A DNA stretch of 64,000 nucleotides from an uncultured Acidimicrobiaceae bacterium. GTDB lineage: Bacteria > Actinomycetota > Acidimicrobiia > Acidimicrobiales > RAAP-2. The stretch's first letter is position 1. Each line of letters opens with the position of its first letter. Shown here piece by piece: positions 1-9,546 of this stretch. Both the position numbers and the translations under genes were made by a program. Where the stretch lies: positions 117,244-181,243 of the forward strand of contig CAVSAJ010000004.1 in NCBI GenBank assembly GCA_963725895.1, in the 5' to 3' direction. Under the pieces are notes generated by a model. That model searched no databases and was not told where the DNA came from. It was given only the letters and a program-made list of their open reading frames with translations.

Positions 1-237
1 CCGGTGGTGGGCATGGCCGGGACGCCGTCGGGCCAGGGGTATTGGCTCGTCGCCTCCGACGGCGGGATCTTCGCCTACGGGGACGCGGCATTCGATGGAT
101 CGACTGGCGCGATCAAGCTCGCCATGCCCGTCGTCGGCATGGCTCCCTTCGGCAACGACGCCGGCTACTGGCTGGTGGCCCGCGACGGCGGGATCTTCGC
201 CTTCGGTGGGGCGCCCTTCTTGGGGTCGCCGGCATGA
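1..237 (+). CDS. C-terminal fragment of a repeat protein (two ~38-aa GYWLVA.DGGIFA.G.A.F.GS repeats); the 5' end lies outside the window
   Basis: Frame is open from base 1, with TGA at 235-237. Internal duplication GQGYWLVASDGGIFAYGDAAFDGS / DAGYWLVARDGGIFAFGGAPFLGS is seen directly. No family name is asserted. Confidence 0.5.
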   Translation, partial: PVVGMAGTPSGQGYWLVASDGGIFAYGDAAFDGSTGAIKLAMPVVGMAPFGNDAGYWLVARDGGIFAFGGAPFLGSPA

Positions 238-331
238 AGGCGCACCGAGGCCGACAACGCCGAGGCCGACAAGAGGCCAGACGATCGGCCCGACCTCGAA
301 CTCGACCACAGGGCCGACGAAGGGAGACGCC

Positions 332-1162
332 ATGACGACCGTGTTGACCGTGTTCGCCGCAATGGTGGCCGTCGTCGCAGCGGCTCGGTCGACCTGGTCG
401 CCGTGCGGGGTCTCCATGCTGGCCACGATCACCCCCCTCGCTGAGGCAGGCCGGGGTCATCGCTACCGCGCGACGGCGTTGTGGTTCGTCGCTGGCGCGC
501 TCGTTGGCGGGATCACGCTCGGGCTTGTGCTGGCGCTCCTCGCTGTGGGTGCCGGTGCCGCCGGACTCACGTCCGCGACCCTCGCGCTCTTGGCCTGCCT
601 GGCGGCGGCAACGGCAGCGGCCTCCGACGCCAGGCTTGGCGGCTTCGCGCTGCCCGTGCACCACCGTCAGGTGAACGAGCGCTGGCTCGACCAGTTCCGG
701 CCATGGGTCTACGGAGCGGGCTTCGGCTGGCAGATCGGCGCAGGGGTCGTGACGTACATCAAGACGGCAGGGGTGTACCTCTTGGCAGCCTTGGCTGTGT
801 TGAGCGGTTCGTGGTGGGTCGCGATCGTGCTCGGCGCGCTGTTCGGATTGGTGCGGGGTCTCGCGGTCTACCTCGGACGGAGCATCACGAGCCCGGCCAG
901 CCTGGCGGCCTTCCATCGACGGTTCACCCGGTTGGGACCGGTGGTGCTCGCCGTCGTGGTGTGCACCGAGTGTGCGGCGGCCGTCGTGTTCGGGTGGCTG
1001 CTCTCGCCGTGGGCCGGAGCGGTCGTGCTGGTGGCCTGCGGTGCGGTTCTCGGGACTCGGGCCGCTCGGCGTCGGGCCCGAGGTCCGGCGACTGCCGAAC
1101 CGGCGGATGTGCTCGACGCGGCGGTGGCCCGCACTCCTTTCTCACCGTCCGACGAGGGGTGA
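332..1162 (+). CDS. Polytopic integral membrane protein, function unknown
   Basis: ATG at 332 is preceded by GAAGGGAGA. Translation MTTVLTVFAAMVAVVAAARSTWSPCGVSMLATITP... has at least 6 hydrophobic segments. The upstream part of ORF 95..1162 is Arg/Pro-rich and looks non-coding. Confidence 0.5.
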   Translation: MTTVLTVFAAMVAVVAAARSTWSPCGVSMLATITPLAEAGRGHRYRATALWFVAGALVGGITLGLVLALLAVGAGAAGLTSATLALLACLAAATAAASDARLGGFALPVHHRQVNERWLDQFRPWVYGAGFGWQIGAGVVTYIKTAGVYLLAALAVLSGSWWVAIVLGALFGLVRGLAVYLGRSITSPASLAAFHRRFTRLGPVVLAVVVCTECAAAVVFGWLLSPWAGAVVLVACGAVLGTRAARRRARGPATAEPADVLDAAVARTPFSPSDEG

Positions 1163-1282
1163 TGCGAGGCTCAGGTACGGGCAAGACCCGGAACCCGAAG
1201 CGGAACCGGCCGCTACCATCGCGCCATCGTCCCCCCACCCGCTGGATCGCCGACGTCGACACCGCCTCCGCCGATCCGCCTC

Positions 1283-2095
1283 ATGCTGGCCGACGTCGAC
1301 GGCACGCTGGTGACCGACGACAAGGTCCTCACCGACGATGCGATCGCCGCAGTCGGCCACCTGCGCGACGCCGGCATCCTCTTCGCCATCACCAGCGGCC
1401 GCCCGCCCCGTGGCATGGAGATGTTGATCGACCCCCTCGACCTGCAGACGCCGATCGCAGCCTTCAACGGCGGCCTGCTGGTCGACCGGGACATGAAGGT
1501 CCTCGAGCAGCATGTCCTGCCCGAGGACCTCGTGGTGCCGGTGGCCGATCTGATGGGCTCGTTCGACTTGGACGTCTGGGTCTATCGAGGCGCTGACTGG
1601 TACGTGCGCGACCCAAAGGGCCCCCATGTGGACCGGGAGGCGTGGACCGTGCATTTTCAGCCCAAGGTCATGACCAGCTTCGAGGGGCTGACCGACGGCG
1701 TTGCGAAGCTCGTCGGCGTGAGCGACGACCACGACGCAGTGGACAAGGCCGCGGTCGCGGCATGCGACCAGTTCGGCGACCACGTCACTGCGGCCGCGTC
1801 ACAGCCCTACTACCTTGACGTGACGCACCCGTTGGCCAACAAAGGGTCGGTGGCAAAGTACCTGGCCGGACGCTACGAACTCGACCCCGAGCAGATCGCC
1901 ACCATCGGCGACATGCCCAATGACGTCCTGATGTTCGCCCATTCGGGGCTGAGCATCGCAATGGGCAACGCGGACCCCCAGGTCAAGCGCGCCGCCCGGA
2001 GGGTGACGGTGAGCAACGAGGAGGAAGGGTTCGCCCGGGCAGTCGAGCGATTCGTCCTGCCGGCTGCGGGCGCCGATCCCGCGCCGTCGCCGTAA
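1283..2095 (+). CDS. HAD-IIB (Cof-type) phosphatase/hydrolase
   Basis: DVDGTLV motif I at the N-terminus, ITSGRPP motif II, and GDMPNDVLMF...GNA motifs III/IV, typical of Cof-like HAD hydrolases. Confidence 0.8.
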   Translation: MLADVDGTLVTDDKVLTDDAIAAVGHLRDAGILFAITSGRPPRGMEMLIDPLDLQTPIAAFNGGLLVDRDMKVLEQHVLPEDLVVPVADLMGSFDLDVWVYRGADWYVRDPKGPHVDREAWTVHFQPKVMTSFEGLTDGVAKLVGVSDDHDAVDKAAVAACDQFGDHVTAAASQPYYLDVTHPLANKGSVAKYLAGRYELDPEQIATIGDMPNDVLMFAHSGLSIAMGNADPQVKRAARRVTVSNEEEGFARAVERFVLPAAGADPAPSP

Positions 2096-2122
2096 CAGCA
2101 CCACCCCAACGCACCGACTCGG

Positions 2123-2139
2123 GCGGCGCGGGGCGCGCC
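2123..2139. terminator. GC-rich hairpin between convergent HAD and dnaB genes (candidate bidirectional intrinsic terminator without a U-tract)
   Basis: CGGCGCG-GGG-CGCGCCG, a perfect 7-bp stem with a 3-nt loop, sits in the 74-bp gap between two convergent stop codons. Confidence 0.35.
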
Positions 2140-2169
2140 GAGGTGCCGGCGCTGCCTGCGCGAGATGTA

Positions 2170-3564
2170 CTAGACCCCGCGGTGGTTCTCGAAGCGCGCG
2201 TACTGCTTCAAGAAGAGCAGGTTGGCCTTGCCGGTGGGCCCGTTGCGATGCTTCGCCACTTCGATCAGCGCGTCGTCGGCGCGGTCGATCGGCACCTCGT
2301 CGTTGTACTCGGACTCGCGGTAGATGAAGAGAACGACGTCGGCGTCCTGCTCGAGCGACCCCGACTCGCGGAGGTCAGAGAGCTGCGGCGTCTTGTCCTG
2401 GCGGGACTCGAGGTTTCGGGAGAGCTGGGAGAGCGCCACGACCGGCACCTCGAGCTCGCGGGCGAGGATCTTGAGGCCGCGGCTGATCTCGGCCACCTCG
2501 GTCTGGCGGTTCTCCGCCCGCCCGCGTCCCGTCATCAACTGCAGGTAGTCCACGACCACGAGCCCGAGGTCGCCCTGGGACTTCTTCAGCCGGCGGGCCC
2601 GGGCCCGGATGTCCATGACGGTCACGTTCGGGTTGTCGTCGATGAAGATGGGCGCGTTGTTGAGCCGGGTGATGGCCATGCCGATCTTGCTCCAGTCCTG
2701 CGTGCGGATCCGTCCGGTCTGCAGGCTCTGGCCGTTGACCTCCGCCTCGGACGCGAGGAGGCGCTGCGTGAGCTCGAGGTGGCCCATCTCGAGGGAGAAC
2801 AACAGCGCAGGCCGGCCCACGCCGAGTCCGACGTTGGCCAGAACGCCCAGCGCGAAGCTCGTCTTCCCCATGCCGGGGCGAGCACCCACGATGTTGAGCG
2901 AAGAGGGCTGGAGGCCCAGCAGGATCTTGTCGAGCTCGTGGTAGCCGGTCGCCACGCCGGTGATGGCGGAGCCGCGCTGACCCAACTCCTCGATCCGGTC
3001 GAGACCCGCGACCAGCAGTTCGTGCAGCGGGCGCATGGTGTCGGCCGTCCGGCGCTCGGCGACGTCGAAGACCAATTGCTCGGCCTCGTCGACAGCGGCC
3101 TTCACGTCTTCGGGGACCGAGTAGCCGATGTCGGCGATGTCGCCGGCCACCCCGATGAGCCGGCGTAGGAGGGCGTGTTCCTCCACGATCTGCGCGTAGT
3201 GCCGCGCGTTGGCGATCGACGGGGTGTTGGCCTGCAGCGAGATGAAGATGGACGGGTCGCCGACCTGCTCGAGCAGACCCGAGCGCTTGAGCTCGTCGGT
3301 CACCGTGACGGCGTCGATGGCCTCGCCCCGCTCCATGAGCGCCTGAATGGCAGAGAAGATGTGCCCGTGCGTCGGCTTGTAGAAGTCGCCGGCCGAGCAG
3401 GTCTCGATACCCACCGATGCGGCGTCGTTCGACAGGAGCATGGCCCCGAGCAAGGACTGTTCGGCATCGAGGTCGTGCGGCGGGACCCGCGCGCCGGTGG
3501 TGGCAGCTGGTGCACCAGCCGACCGGATCGGCCGGGGGCGGGTGTCTTCGAAGGCTTGGACCAC
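2170..3564 (-). CDS. dnaB: Replicative DNA helicase DnaB
   Basis: PHDLDAEQSLLGAMLLS N-terminal domain, Walker A GARPGMGKTSFAL, and LVVVDYLQLM / SQLSR motifs. GTG start has GGGGAG 7 nt upstream. Confidence 0.95.
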   Translation of the reverse strand: MVQAFEDTRPRPIRSAGAPAATTGARVPPHDLDAEQSLLGAMLLSNDAASVGIETCSAGDFYKPTHGHIFSAIQALMERGEAIDAVTVTDELKRSGLLEQVGDPSIFISLQANTPSIANARHYAQIVEEHALLRRLIGVAGDIADIGYSVPEDVKAAVDEAEQLVFDVAERRTADTMRPLHELLVAGLDRIEELGQRGSAITGVATGYHELDKILLGLQPSSLNIVGARPGMGKTSFALGVLANVGLGVGRPALLFSLEMGHLELTQRLLASEAEVNGQSLQTGRIRTQDWSKIGMAITRLNNAPIFIDDNPNVTVMDIRARARRLKKSQGDLGLVVVDYLQLMTGRGRAENRQTEVAEISRGLKILARELEVPVVALSQLSRNLESRQDKTPQLSDLRESGSLEQDADVVLFIYRESEYNDEVPIDRADDALIEVAKHRNGPTGKANLLFLKQYARFENHRGV

Positions 3565-3636
3565 GGCTCCCCTACTCTGACGGTCGCGGGCTGGGGAACA
3601 TAAGAAAGAACTTGCTGTGGGAAAGGTCGCGCTGCA

Positions 3637-3678
3637 TGTGGGTAACCGGGGGCGTAAGCACGCCTGCGGTGTGGATAA
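3637..3678 (+). promoter_or_regulatory. Two DnaA-box-like 13-mers TGTGGNTAACCGG, 33 bp apart, upstream of dnaB
   Basis: TGTGGATAA (3670-3678) is the exact complement of the TTATCCACA consensus. TGTGGGTAA (3637-3645) matches 8/9. Both are followed by CCGG. They lie 70-115 bp upstream of the dnaB start. Confidence 0.35.
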
Positions 3679-3789
3679 CCGGTGTACGAAGGGTCGGGCC
3701 TGGGGCCCGACAGATGCATGCGTGCGGCGTCACCCGACATGATGAGCAGACCGGTGTGACGCCTCCTACCCGGGTTGCGTCTGGGCCCC

Positions 3790-4239
3790 TCAGCTGGAGG
3801 GGCTGACCTCGACCGTCACCACGACCGAGACGTCGCCGAAGAGCTCGACGGTTACCTCGAAGCTGCCCGTCTCCTTGATCGGTTCGGGCAGCACCACGTG
3901 CCTCCGGTCGACCTCGACGCCCTTCGCCGCGCGGATGGCCTCAGCGACCTCGATCTGACCAACGGAGCCGAAGAGGCGGCCGCCGCCGGCCGCCCGTGCG
4001 GTGATCGGTATGAGGGCCCCGGCCAACAGTGCGGCCTGCGCGTCGGCCGCGCTCCGATCCTGCGCCTCGCGCAGGTCGCGCCGGCGGCGCATCTGCTCTG
4101 CCTGGCCCTCGACACCGTCGCTGGCCACGATGGCGCGTCCTTCGGGCAACAAGAAGTTGCGGGCGAAGCCGCCGGCGACCTTGACGATGTCCCCGCGCCG
4201 ACCCACGCCGGCCACGTCGTCACGCAGGACGACCTTCAC
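3790..4239 (-). CDS. rplI: 50S ribosomal protein L9
   Basis: [32 protein letters not shown] is a canonical L9 N-terminus. The GTG start overlaps the rpsR stop (GTGA). Confidence 0.95.
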   Translation of the reverse strand: MKVVLRDDVAGVGRRGDIVKVAGGFARNFLLPEGRAIVASDGVEGQAEQMRRRRDLREAQDRSAADAQAALLAGALIPITARAAGGGRLFGSVGQIEVAEAIRAAKGVEVDRRHVVLPEPIKETGSFEVTVELFGDVSVVVTVEVSPSS

Positions 4240-4853
4240 GCGTCCCCACCTCCGTCGCCTGCACCGCCCGCATCACCATCATCTCCGTCTGCAGCGCCGT
4301 CACCGTCGCCATCGGCAAGGCCACGTGCCACGGCATCCTCCACGAGCTCCTCGACCAGCTCGGTGACCTCCTCGGCCACCGCCGCCTCAGTCTCGGCGTC
4401 GCCCAGTGCGTCGGTTTCGTCGACCACCTCGACCGAGATGTTCTCCGCCCCGCGTGGACCACGGTCACCACGCTCACCGCGCCCGCCTCGATCCCCTCGA
4501 TCCCCGCGCTCTCCCTGCATCGATTCGCCCAGCGTTCGCTCGCCCCGGTCACGGCCACGGCCACCCGGGCGCTCCGTCACCGTGCGCTGGGTGTAGGGGA
4601 GCAGGACGAGCTCGCGCGCCGTCTTGATCGCTTGGGCCAGTGCCCGCTGGTGCTGCGCGCAGTTGCCGGTCACACGGCGCGAGCGGATCTTGCCCCGGTC
4701 GCTCATGTACTTGCGCAACATCGGGATGTCCTTGTAGTCCACCCACACGGTCTTGTCGCGGCACAGTGCGCACGGCTTCTTCTTGACCCGGCGGCCGAGG
4801 TCCTTTGGAGCGCGCCGCGACGTCGTCCCGCCACGCTGGTTGCTTCGTGCCAT
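4236..4853 (-). CDS. rpsR: 30S ribosomal protein S18 with a ~113-aa C-terminal low-complexity extension
   Basis: The S18 core is [65 protein letters not shown]. The ATG at 4853 overlaps the ssb stop (TGATG). The reading frame continues 113 codons beyond the usual S18 end. Confidence 0.9.
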   Translation of the reverse strand: MARSNQRGGTTSRRAPKDLGRRVKKKPCALCRDKTVWVDYKDIPMLRKYMSDRGKIRSRRVTGNCAQHQRALAQAIKTARELVLLPYTQRTVTERPGGRGRDRGERTLGESMQGERGDRGDRGGRGERGDRGPRGAENISVEVVDETDALGDAETEAAVAEEVTELVEELVEDAVARGLADGDGDGAADGDDGDAGGAGDGGGDA

Positions 4854-5341
4854 CAAAAGGGCTCCTCGTCGAATCCGTAGCCGGCGTCGCCGGCTGGCTG
4901 GGCCTGCGGGGCCGGTGCGGAGGACTGTCGCCCACCACCGCCCCCGCCACCTCGGGCAGAACCGTCACTCGGGCCCCGGCGGTCGTTCTTGGTGATCTGG
5001 GCCGTGGCCCAGCGCAGGGACGGCCCGATCTCGTCCGCGACGACCTCGACCTTGGAGCGTCGGTCGCCCTCTTGGGTCTCCCAGCTGCGCTGCTCGAGGC
5101 GGCCGGCCACCATCACGCGGGCTCCCCGGGTGATGGACTCGCTGACGTTCTCTGCCATGTCGCGCCAACAGACCACGTCGAAGAAGGAGGTGGCTTCCTC
5201 CCACTCCTGGGTCTGGCGGTTCTGCCAGCGGCGGTTGACCGCCAGCCCGAAGGTGACGTTGGCCTGGCCCGTGTTCGTGAAGCGCAGCTCGGGGTCGCGC
5301 GTCACGTTCCCGACGAGGGTCACGCTGTTGTCTGTTGCCAT
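4853..5341 (-). CDS. ssb: Single-stranded DNA-binding protein
   Basis: OB-fold N-terminus [16 protein letters not shown], Gly-rich linker, acidic tip DEEPF. Confidence 0.95.
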   Translation of the reverse strand: MATDNSVTLVGNVTRDPELRFTNTGQANVTFGLAVNRRWQNRQTQEWEEATSFFDVVCWRDMAENVSESITRGARVMVAGRLEQRSWETQEGDRRSKVEVVADEIGPSLRWATAQITKNDRRGPSDGSARGGGGGGGRQSSAPAPQAQPAGDAGYGFDEEPF

Positions 5342-5374
5342 CTCTTGCTCCTCTCGCCGGTCCTCGCCGGCGGC

Positions 5375-5737
5375 TCAGCCGGCCGCCGACTCAGCGGCGG
5401 CTCCAGCACCAGCGCCCGCACCAGCACCCGCCGCACCCGCAGGCGCCTTGTGGTCGGGGAGGCGCACCACCTTGTGTCGCACCACCTCGTCGGCCAGGCC
5501 GAGCATGCGGTCCAGGGCGGCCACGGTCTCGGGCTCGCCGGTGAATTCCACCACGACGTAGTAACCCTCACGCTTGTGGTTCACCTCGTAGGCGAAGGTC
5601 CGGCGGCCCCAGCGGTCGATGGCGCCCGGGGTGCCGCCTGCACCGCGGATCGTGTCGAGCGCATGGTCGAGCACGCCCTGGATCACCGTGGGTTCGGTGC
5701 TGGCCTCGAAGATGGCCATGACTTCGTAAGGCCGCAT
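5375..5737 (-). CDS. rpsF: 30S ribosomal protein S6
   Basis: MRPYEVMAIF...IDRWGRRTFAYEVNHKREGYYVVVEF; position upstream of ssb. Confidence 0.95.
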   Translation of the reverse strand: MRPYEVMAIFEASTEPTVIQGVLDHALDTIRGAGGTPGAIDRWGRRTFAYEVNHKREGYYVVVEFTGEPETVAALDRMLGLADEVVRHKVVRLPDHKAPAGAAGAGAGAGAGAAAESAAG

Positions 5738-5826
5738 GTGCGGCGTACCTCCCTCTGGACCGGGCCGTGCCCGGGCTCCTGGCGGTCAGGAGCAGGGTCT
5801 GTTGCGGGCCGCCATGCTAGCCGCCC

Positions 5827-6657
5827 TCACGTCAGGGCGTCACCCAGCCCAGGCGGAGCGTGGTACGTCTCGGCGTCGCTCGGAAAGTTCCCGCTGCGCA
5901 CGTCGTCGGCGAAGGCGGCGATGGCCTCGGTGGCGATGCGGCCCACCTCGGCGTACTGACGGACGAACTTCGGCAGCTTTCCAGCGCCCAGCCCGAGCAG
6001 GTCGTGGAACACCATGACCTGGCCGTCGGTGCCCGGACCGGCACCGATGCCAATGGTGGGGACGTCGATCGCCTCGGTGACCGCGGCGCCCACGACGTCG
6101 GGCACCCCCTCGATCACGAATCCGAAGCAGCCCGCCGCCGCCAACGCCTTGGCGGCGTCCAACAACGCGCCCGCCGCGTCCACGCTCTTGCCCTGGACCC
6201 GGAAGCCCCCCATGGCCAGCACGGACTGGGGCGTCAGGCCCAGGTGTCCCATGACCGGGATCTCCGCCTTGATGATCGCTTCGACGACCGGCAGGCGGGC
6301 CCGCCCGCCTTCGAGCTTCACAGCGTGTGCGCCGGCGCGGATCAAGGTGGCCGCGTTGCGCACGGCCTCCTCTGGTGAGAGGTGGTAGCTCATCCAGGGC
6401 ATGTCGCCGAGGATCAGGCAGCGGGGTTCTGCCCGAGCTACCGCCGCGGTGTGGTGCGCCATCACCTCGATGTCGACGTGCAAGGTGTCGTGGTAGCCGA
6501 GCACCGTGTTGGCCACCGAGTCGCCGACCAGAATTATGTCGGCGCCCGCGCCGGACACGATGCGCGCACCCGGCTCGTCGTAGGCCGTGACCATGACGAT
6601 CGGCGTGTCCCCATTGCGCCGCTTGCGCGCCCGCAGGCTCGGCACGGTCACCGGCAT
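5827..6657 (-). CDS. panB: 3-methyl-2-oxobutanoate hydroxymethyltransferase
   Basis: IVMVTAYD, LVGDS, VKLEGG and GHLGLTPQS motifs. The start is taken at the internal ATG (6655-6657, MPVTVPSL). The longer ORF to 6909 is Arg/Pro-rich and overlaps the next gene. Confidence 0.9.
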   Translation of the reverse strand: MPVTVPSLRARKRRNGDTPIVMVTAYDEPGARIVSGAGADIILVGDSVANTVLGYHDTLHVDIEVMAHHTAAVARAEPRCLILGDMPWMSYHLSPEEAVRNAATLIRAGAHAVKLEGGRARLPVVEAIIKAEIPVMGHLGLTPQSVLAMGGFRVQGKSVDAAGALLDAAKALAAAGCFGFVIEGVPDVVGAAVTEAIDVPTIGIGAGPGTDGQVMVFHDLLGLGAGKLPKFVRQYAEVGRIATEAIAAFADDVRSGNFPSDAETYHAPPGLGDALT

Positions 6658-6668
6658 GGGGCTCTCGC

Positions 6669-7067
6669 TCACGGCGCCGGCGCCGCCTTCTTGGGACGAG
6701 CCTTGCTGCCACCCGCTGGGTACTTGCGCATCAGGTGGTGCCACGAGCACGCCGGACACACCTCGACCTCGTAGCAGAGGACTGGCTCGGGCCGGCGGCA
6801 CAGGGCTTTGAGCTCGGCGGCCGTCCCAGGGCAGCGTCCGCCGGGAGGCAGCTTGGCCCCGAACACGAAGGTGACCGTGACAAGGCGGCCGTCGTCGCAG
6901 ATCGGGCACACCTCCTTGGTCGACCGCCCCACGTTGCGGGCCGCCCGGAGCAGCTCGGGGTGCGCGTCACAGACGTCGACCTTTTGGACCCGCCCCCGTT
7001 CGACCTCACGCACCAGGCCGTTGCGGACGAGCCGGTACTCCACCTGAGCCGTGACGTCGGGGCTCAC
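6669..7067 (-). CDS. DUF5318-like small Cys-rich protein (CPICDDG...CPAC), conserved partner of PadR/ino1 in actinobacteria
   Basis: Translation VSPDVTAQVEYRLVRNGLVREVERGRV...VCPICDDGRLVTVTFVFG...EVEVCPACSWHHL. The start is uncertain: GTG at 7067 is preferred, with alternatives at GTG 7106 or ATG 7178. Confidence 0.6.
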   Translation of the reverse strand: MSPDVTAQVEYRLVRNGLVREVERGRVQKVDVCDAHPELLRAARNVGRSTKEVCPICDDGRLVTVTFVFGAKLPPGGRCPGTAAELKALCRRPEPVLCYEVEVCPACSWHHLMRKYPAGGSKARPKKAAPAP

Positions 7068-7204
7068 CGCACGGGATGGTGACCTCGGTTCCGAGGTGAC
7101 GGACACGGCCGACAGGCTACCCCTCCAGCCCGGAAACCAGGTCCAATTGGGTGGCAATTCAGGCACGAATGCGATCATTGCGTGACGGATTGACTGTCAG
7201 CCGC

Positions 7205-7221
7205 TATATCGATTCGATATA
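7205..7221. promoter_or_regulatory. Perfect 8-1-8 palindrome TATATCGA-T-TCGATATA, candidate PadR operator
   Basis: AT-rich perfect inverted repeat 11 bp upstream of the PadR ATG (7232), in the divergent DUF5318/PadR spacer of an otherwise ~70% GC sequence. Confidence 0.45.
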
Positions 7222-7231
7222 CTCCTTCGCG

Positions 7232-7852
7232 ATGTTGGATATGGCCATCCTGGGCCTCCTGGAGGAGGGCGACCTTCACGGCTACGAGATCCGTCGCCGC
7301 CTGCGTGAGCACCTCGGCCTCCTGGCCAACGTCTCGTTCGGCTCCATCTATCCGGCTCTCACCCGCCTGGAAAAGTCTGGTGCGGTCGTGGCCACCGAGG
7401 GTGGGCCGCCCGGAACCGTCCCGGCGGCACCCGCCCCGCCAACCGGGTCCCTCACCGGCGAATTCGCCGCTTTACGCACCCGGCGCCACTCCCCCGCCCG
7501 GGCTCGCCGCGGCCGCAAGGTCTACCGAATTACCGACGCGGGCCGGCGGCTCTTCGCCGAGCTGCTCGAGGGCGGCGGCTCCGCGGACGACGCGCGGAGC
7601 TTCGGGCTCCGCCTGGCCTTCGCCCGCCATCTGGCCCCCCAGGCTCGCCTCGCCCTGTTGGAGCGCCGCCGCGCCCAGCTCGTGCAGCGCCTCGGCGAGG
7701 TGGAGGCGGCCCGCGCCGACCTCGACGTCTACGCCCGGTCCGTGGTTCAGCACACGGCCGACGGCGTCGCCCGCGACATCAGCTGGCTCGACACCCTCAT
7801 CGCGTCCGAACGCGCCGACCTCGCCGTTGCCGGCTCCGAACCGGCGACCTGA
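7232..7852 (+). CDS. PadR-family transcriptional regulator
   Basis: [24 protein letters not shown]...[16 protein letters not shown] winged-helix signature, with a long C-terminal helical domain. Confidence 0.8.
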   Translation: MLDMAILGLLEEGDLHGYEIRRRLREHLGLLANVSFGSIYPALTRLEKSGAVVATEGGPPGTVPAAPAPPTGSLTGEFAALRTRRHSPARARRGRKVYRITDAGRRLFAELLEGGGSADDARSFGLRLAFARHLAPQARLALLERRRAQLVQRLGEVEAARADLDVYARSVVQHTADGVARDISWLDTLIASERADLAVAGSEPAT

Positions 7853-7887
7853 CGAACCTGCAGTACCGACACCGAAGGAGATCATTC

Positions 7888-8988
7888 ATGTCCAGCCCCA
7901 TCCGACTCGCAATCGCCGGCGTCGGCAACTGCGCCAGTTCGCTCGTCCAGGGGATCACGTATTACCGGGATGCAGAGGCCGACGACATCGTGCCGGGGCT
8001 GATGCACGTCGAACTCGGCCGCTATCACGTGCGCGATCTCGTGCCAGTCGTCGCCTTCGATGTCGACCAGACCAAGGTTGGCACCGACCTGGGCAAGGCC
8101 ATCGGTGCCGGGCTGAACAACACGGTGCGCTTCGCCGACGTGGGCGAGCTCGCGGTGACCGTGCAACGGGGTCCGACGCTCGACGGCTTGGGCAAGTACT
8201 ACAAGGAGGTGGTCGACGAGTCTCCCTTCGAACCCGTCGACGTAGCCCGGGCTCTGCGCGAGGCCCGAGCCGACGTCCTCGTCTCCTACCTGCCGGTGGG
8301 CTCAGAGCAGGCCCAGCGCCACTACGCCCAGGCCTGCCTCGACGCGGGGGTTGCCTTCGTCAACGCCATCCCCGTCTTCATCGCGTCCGACCCCGTGTGG
8401 GCCCGGCGCTTCCGCGACGCTGGTGTCCCGATCGTCGGCGACGACATCAAGAGCCAGGTGGGCTCCACCATCGTGCACCGCATCCTGACTCGTCTCTTCG
8501 AGGACCGCGGCCTCGCGCTGGACCACACCTACCAGCTCAACGTCGGCGGCAACATGGACTTCAAGAACATGCTCGAGCGCGAGCGCCTCGAGTCAAAGAA
8601 GATCTCCAAGACTCAGGCCGTGACGAGCCAGTTCGAGGACAACGTCCTCGACGCCGAGGACGTGCACGTCGGGCCCTCCGACCACGTGCCCTGGCTGAAG
8701 GACCGCAAGTGGGCCTACATCCGCATGGAGGGGCGCAACTTCGGCGACGTCCCCCTCAACCTCGAGCTCAAGCTTGAGGTGTGGGACTCCCCCAACTCTG
8801 CGGGCGTGATCATCGACGCCGTCCGCTGCGCCAAGATCGCCCTCGACCGGGGCATCGGCGGCCCCCTGGTCGGCCCTTCGGCCTACTTCATGAAGTCGCC
8901 ACCGGTGCAGTACCACGACGACGTGGCCCAGGCATTGGTGGAGAGTTTTGCCGCCGGCGAGCCCCAGGAGTCCTGGCCGCCCGACTGA
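7888..8988 (+). CDS. ino1: myo-Inositol-1-phosphate synthase
   Basis: [18 protein letters not shown] Rossmann N-terminus, 366 aa, GAAGGAGA RBS; adjacency to PadR as in Mtb Rv0046c/Rv0047c. Confidence 0.9.
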   Translation: MSSPIRLAIAGVGNCASSLVQGITYYRDAEADDIVPGLMHVELGRYHVRDLVPVVAFDVDQTKVGTDLGKAIGAGLNNTVRFADVGELAVTVQRGPTLDGLGKYYKEVVDESPFEPVDVARALREARADVLVSYLPVGSEQAQRHYAQACLDAGVAFVNAIPVFIASDPVWARRFRDAGVPIVGDDIKSQVGSTIVHRILTRLFEDRGLALDHTYQLNVGGNMDFKNMLERERLESKKISKTQAVTSQFEDNVLDAEDVHVGPSDHVPWLKDRKWAYIRMEGRNFGDVPLNLELKLEVWDSPNSAGVIIDAVRCAKIALDRGIGGPLVGPSAYFMKSPPVQYHDDVAQALVESFAAGEPQESWPPD

Positions 8989-9027
8989 CCCGCCTCAGCC
9001 CCGGGCGCCCCGGCCCGAGGACGCGGG

Positions 9028-9513
9028 TCAGACGAGGATCCGCTCCGCCGGGGCGCGCACGCCGACGACCGCCAATGTCCGCCCCATGCCCAAGAACGTG
9101 CCGCAACAGATCGTCAGGTCGGCCAGCTCTTCGTCCGCGTACGCCGCGTGGAGGCGGTCCCACAGGTCGTCATCCATGGCGAGATGGTCCAGCCCGAAGC
9201 GCTCGGCGAACTCGGCGGCCAGCCGCTCGCGGTCGCTCAGGCCCGTGGCGCTGCGCCAGTCCGTCACCTCCGCGTAGAACGGCTCGCCCGCTCCGGCCGC
9301 GTCGCCGTCACGGGCGCGCGTGTCGCGACACACCGCGCAGTCGTTGATCAACGCGATGGTCCAGCGCGCGGCCTCGCGCTCGCGCACCGACAGCTGCGAG
9401 TTGGCGTACACGGCCTCGGACAGCTTTCCCATGCCTGCAGCCATCTTCGGGCGCAGCAGCGCCCAGTCGATATGCTCGCCCATCCCGCTCTCGGGTGCCG
9501 TGATCCTGGTCAT
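9028..9513 (-). CDS. Carboxymuconolactone decarboxylase (AhpD-like) family protein
   Basis: LSVREREAARWTIALINDCAVCRD carries the CxxC motif typical of the CMD/AhpD fold. Confidence 0.7.
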   Translation of the reverse strand: MTRITAPESGMGEHIDWALLRPKMAAGMGKLSEAVYANSQLSVREREAARWTIALINDCAVCRDTRARDGDAAGAGEPFYAEVTDWRSATGLSDRERLAAEFAERFGLDHLAMDDDLWDRLHAAYADEELADLTICCGTFLGMGRTLAVVGVRAPAERILV

Positions 9514-9546
9514 GCCCGCGAGGCTAGCCCCGGTACACCGGCTCGC

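Noticed and set aside
5827-6909. An 84-aa N-terminal extension of PanB, and similar long N-terminal extensions on the thiolase (to 62407), trpG (to 60722), the response regulator (to 46881) and dnaN (from 26721)
   Set aside because: The extensions are Arg/Pro-rich, overlap neighbouring genes or regulatory spacers, and internal starts with RBS-like sequences give normal-length proteins.
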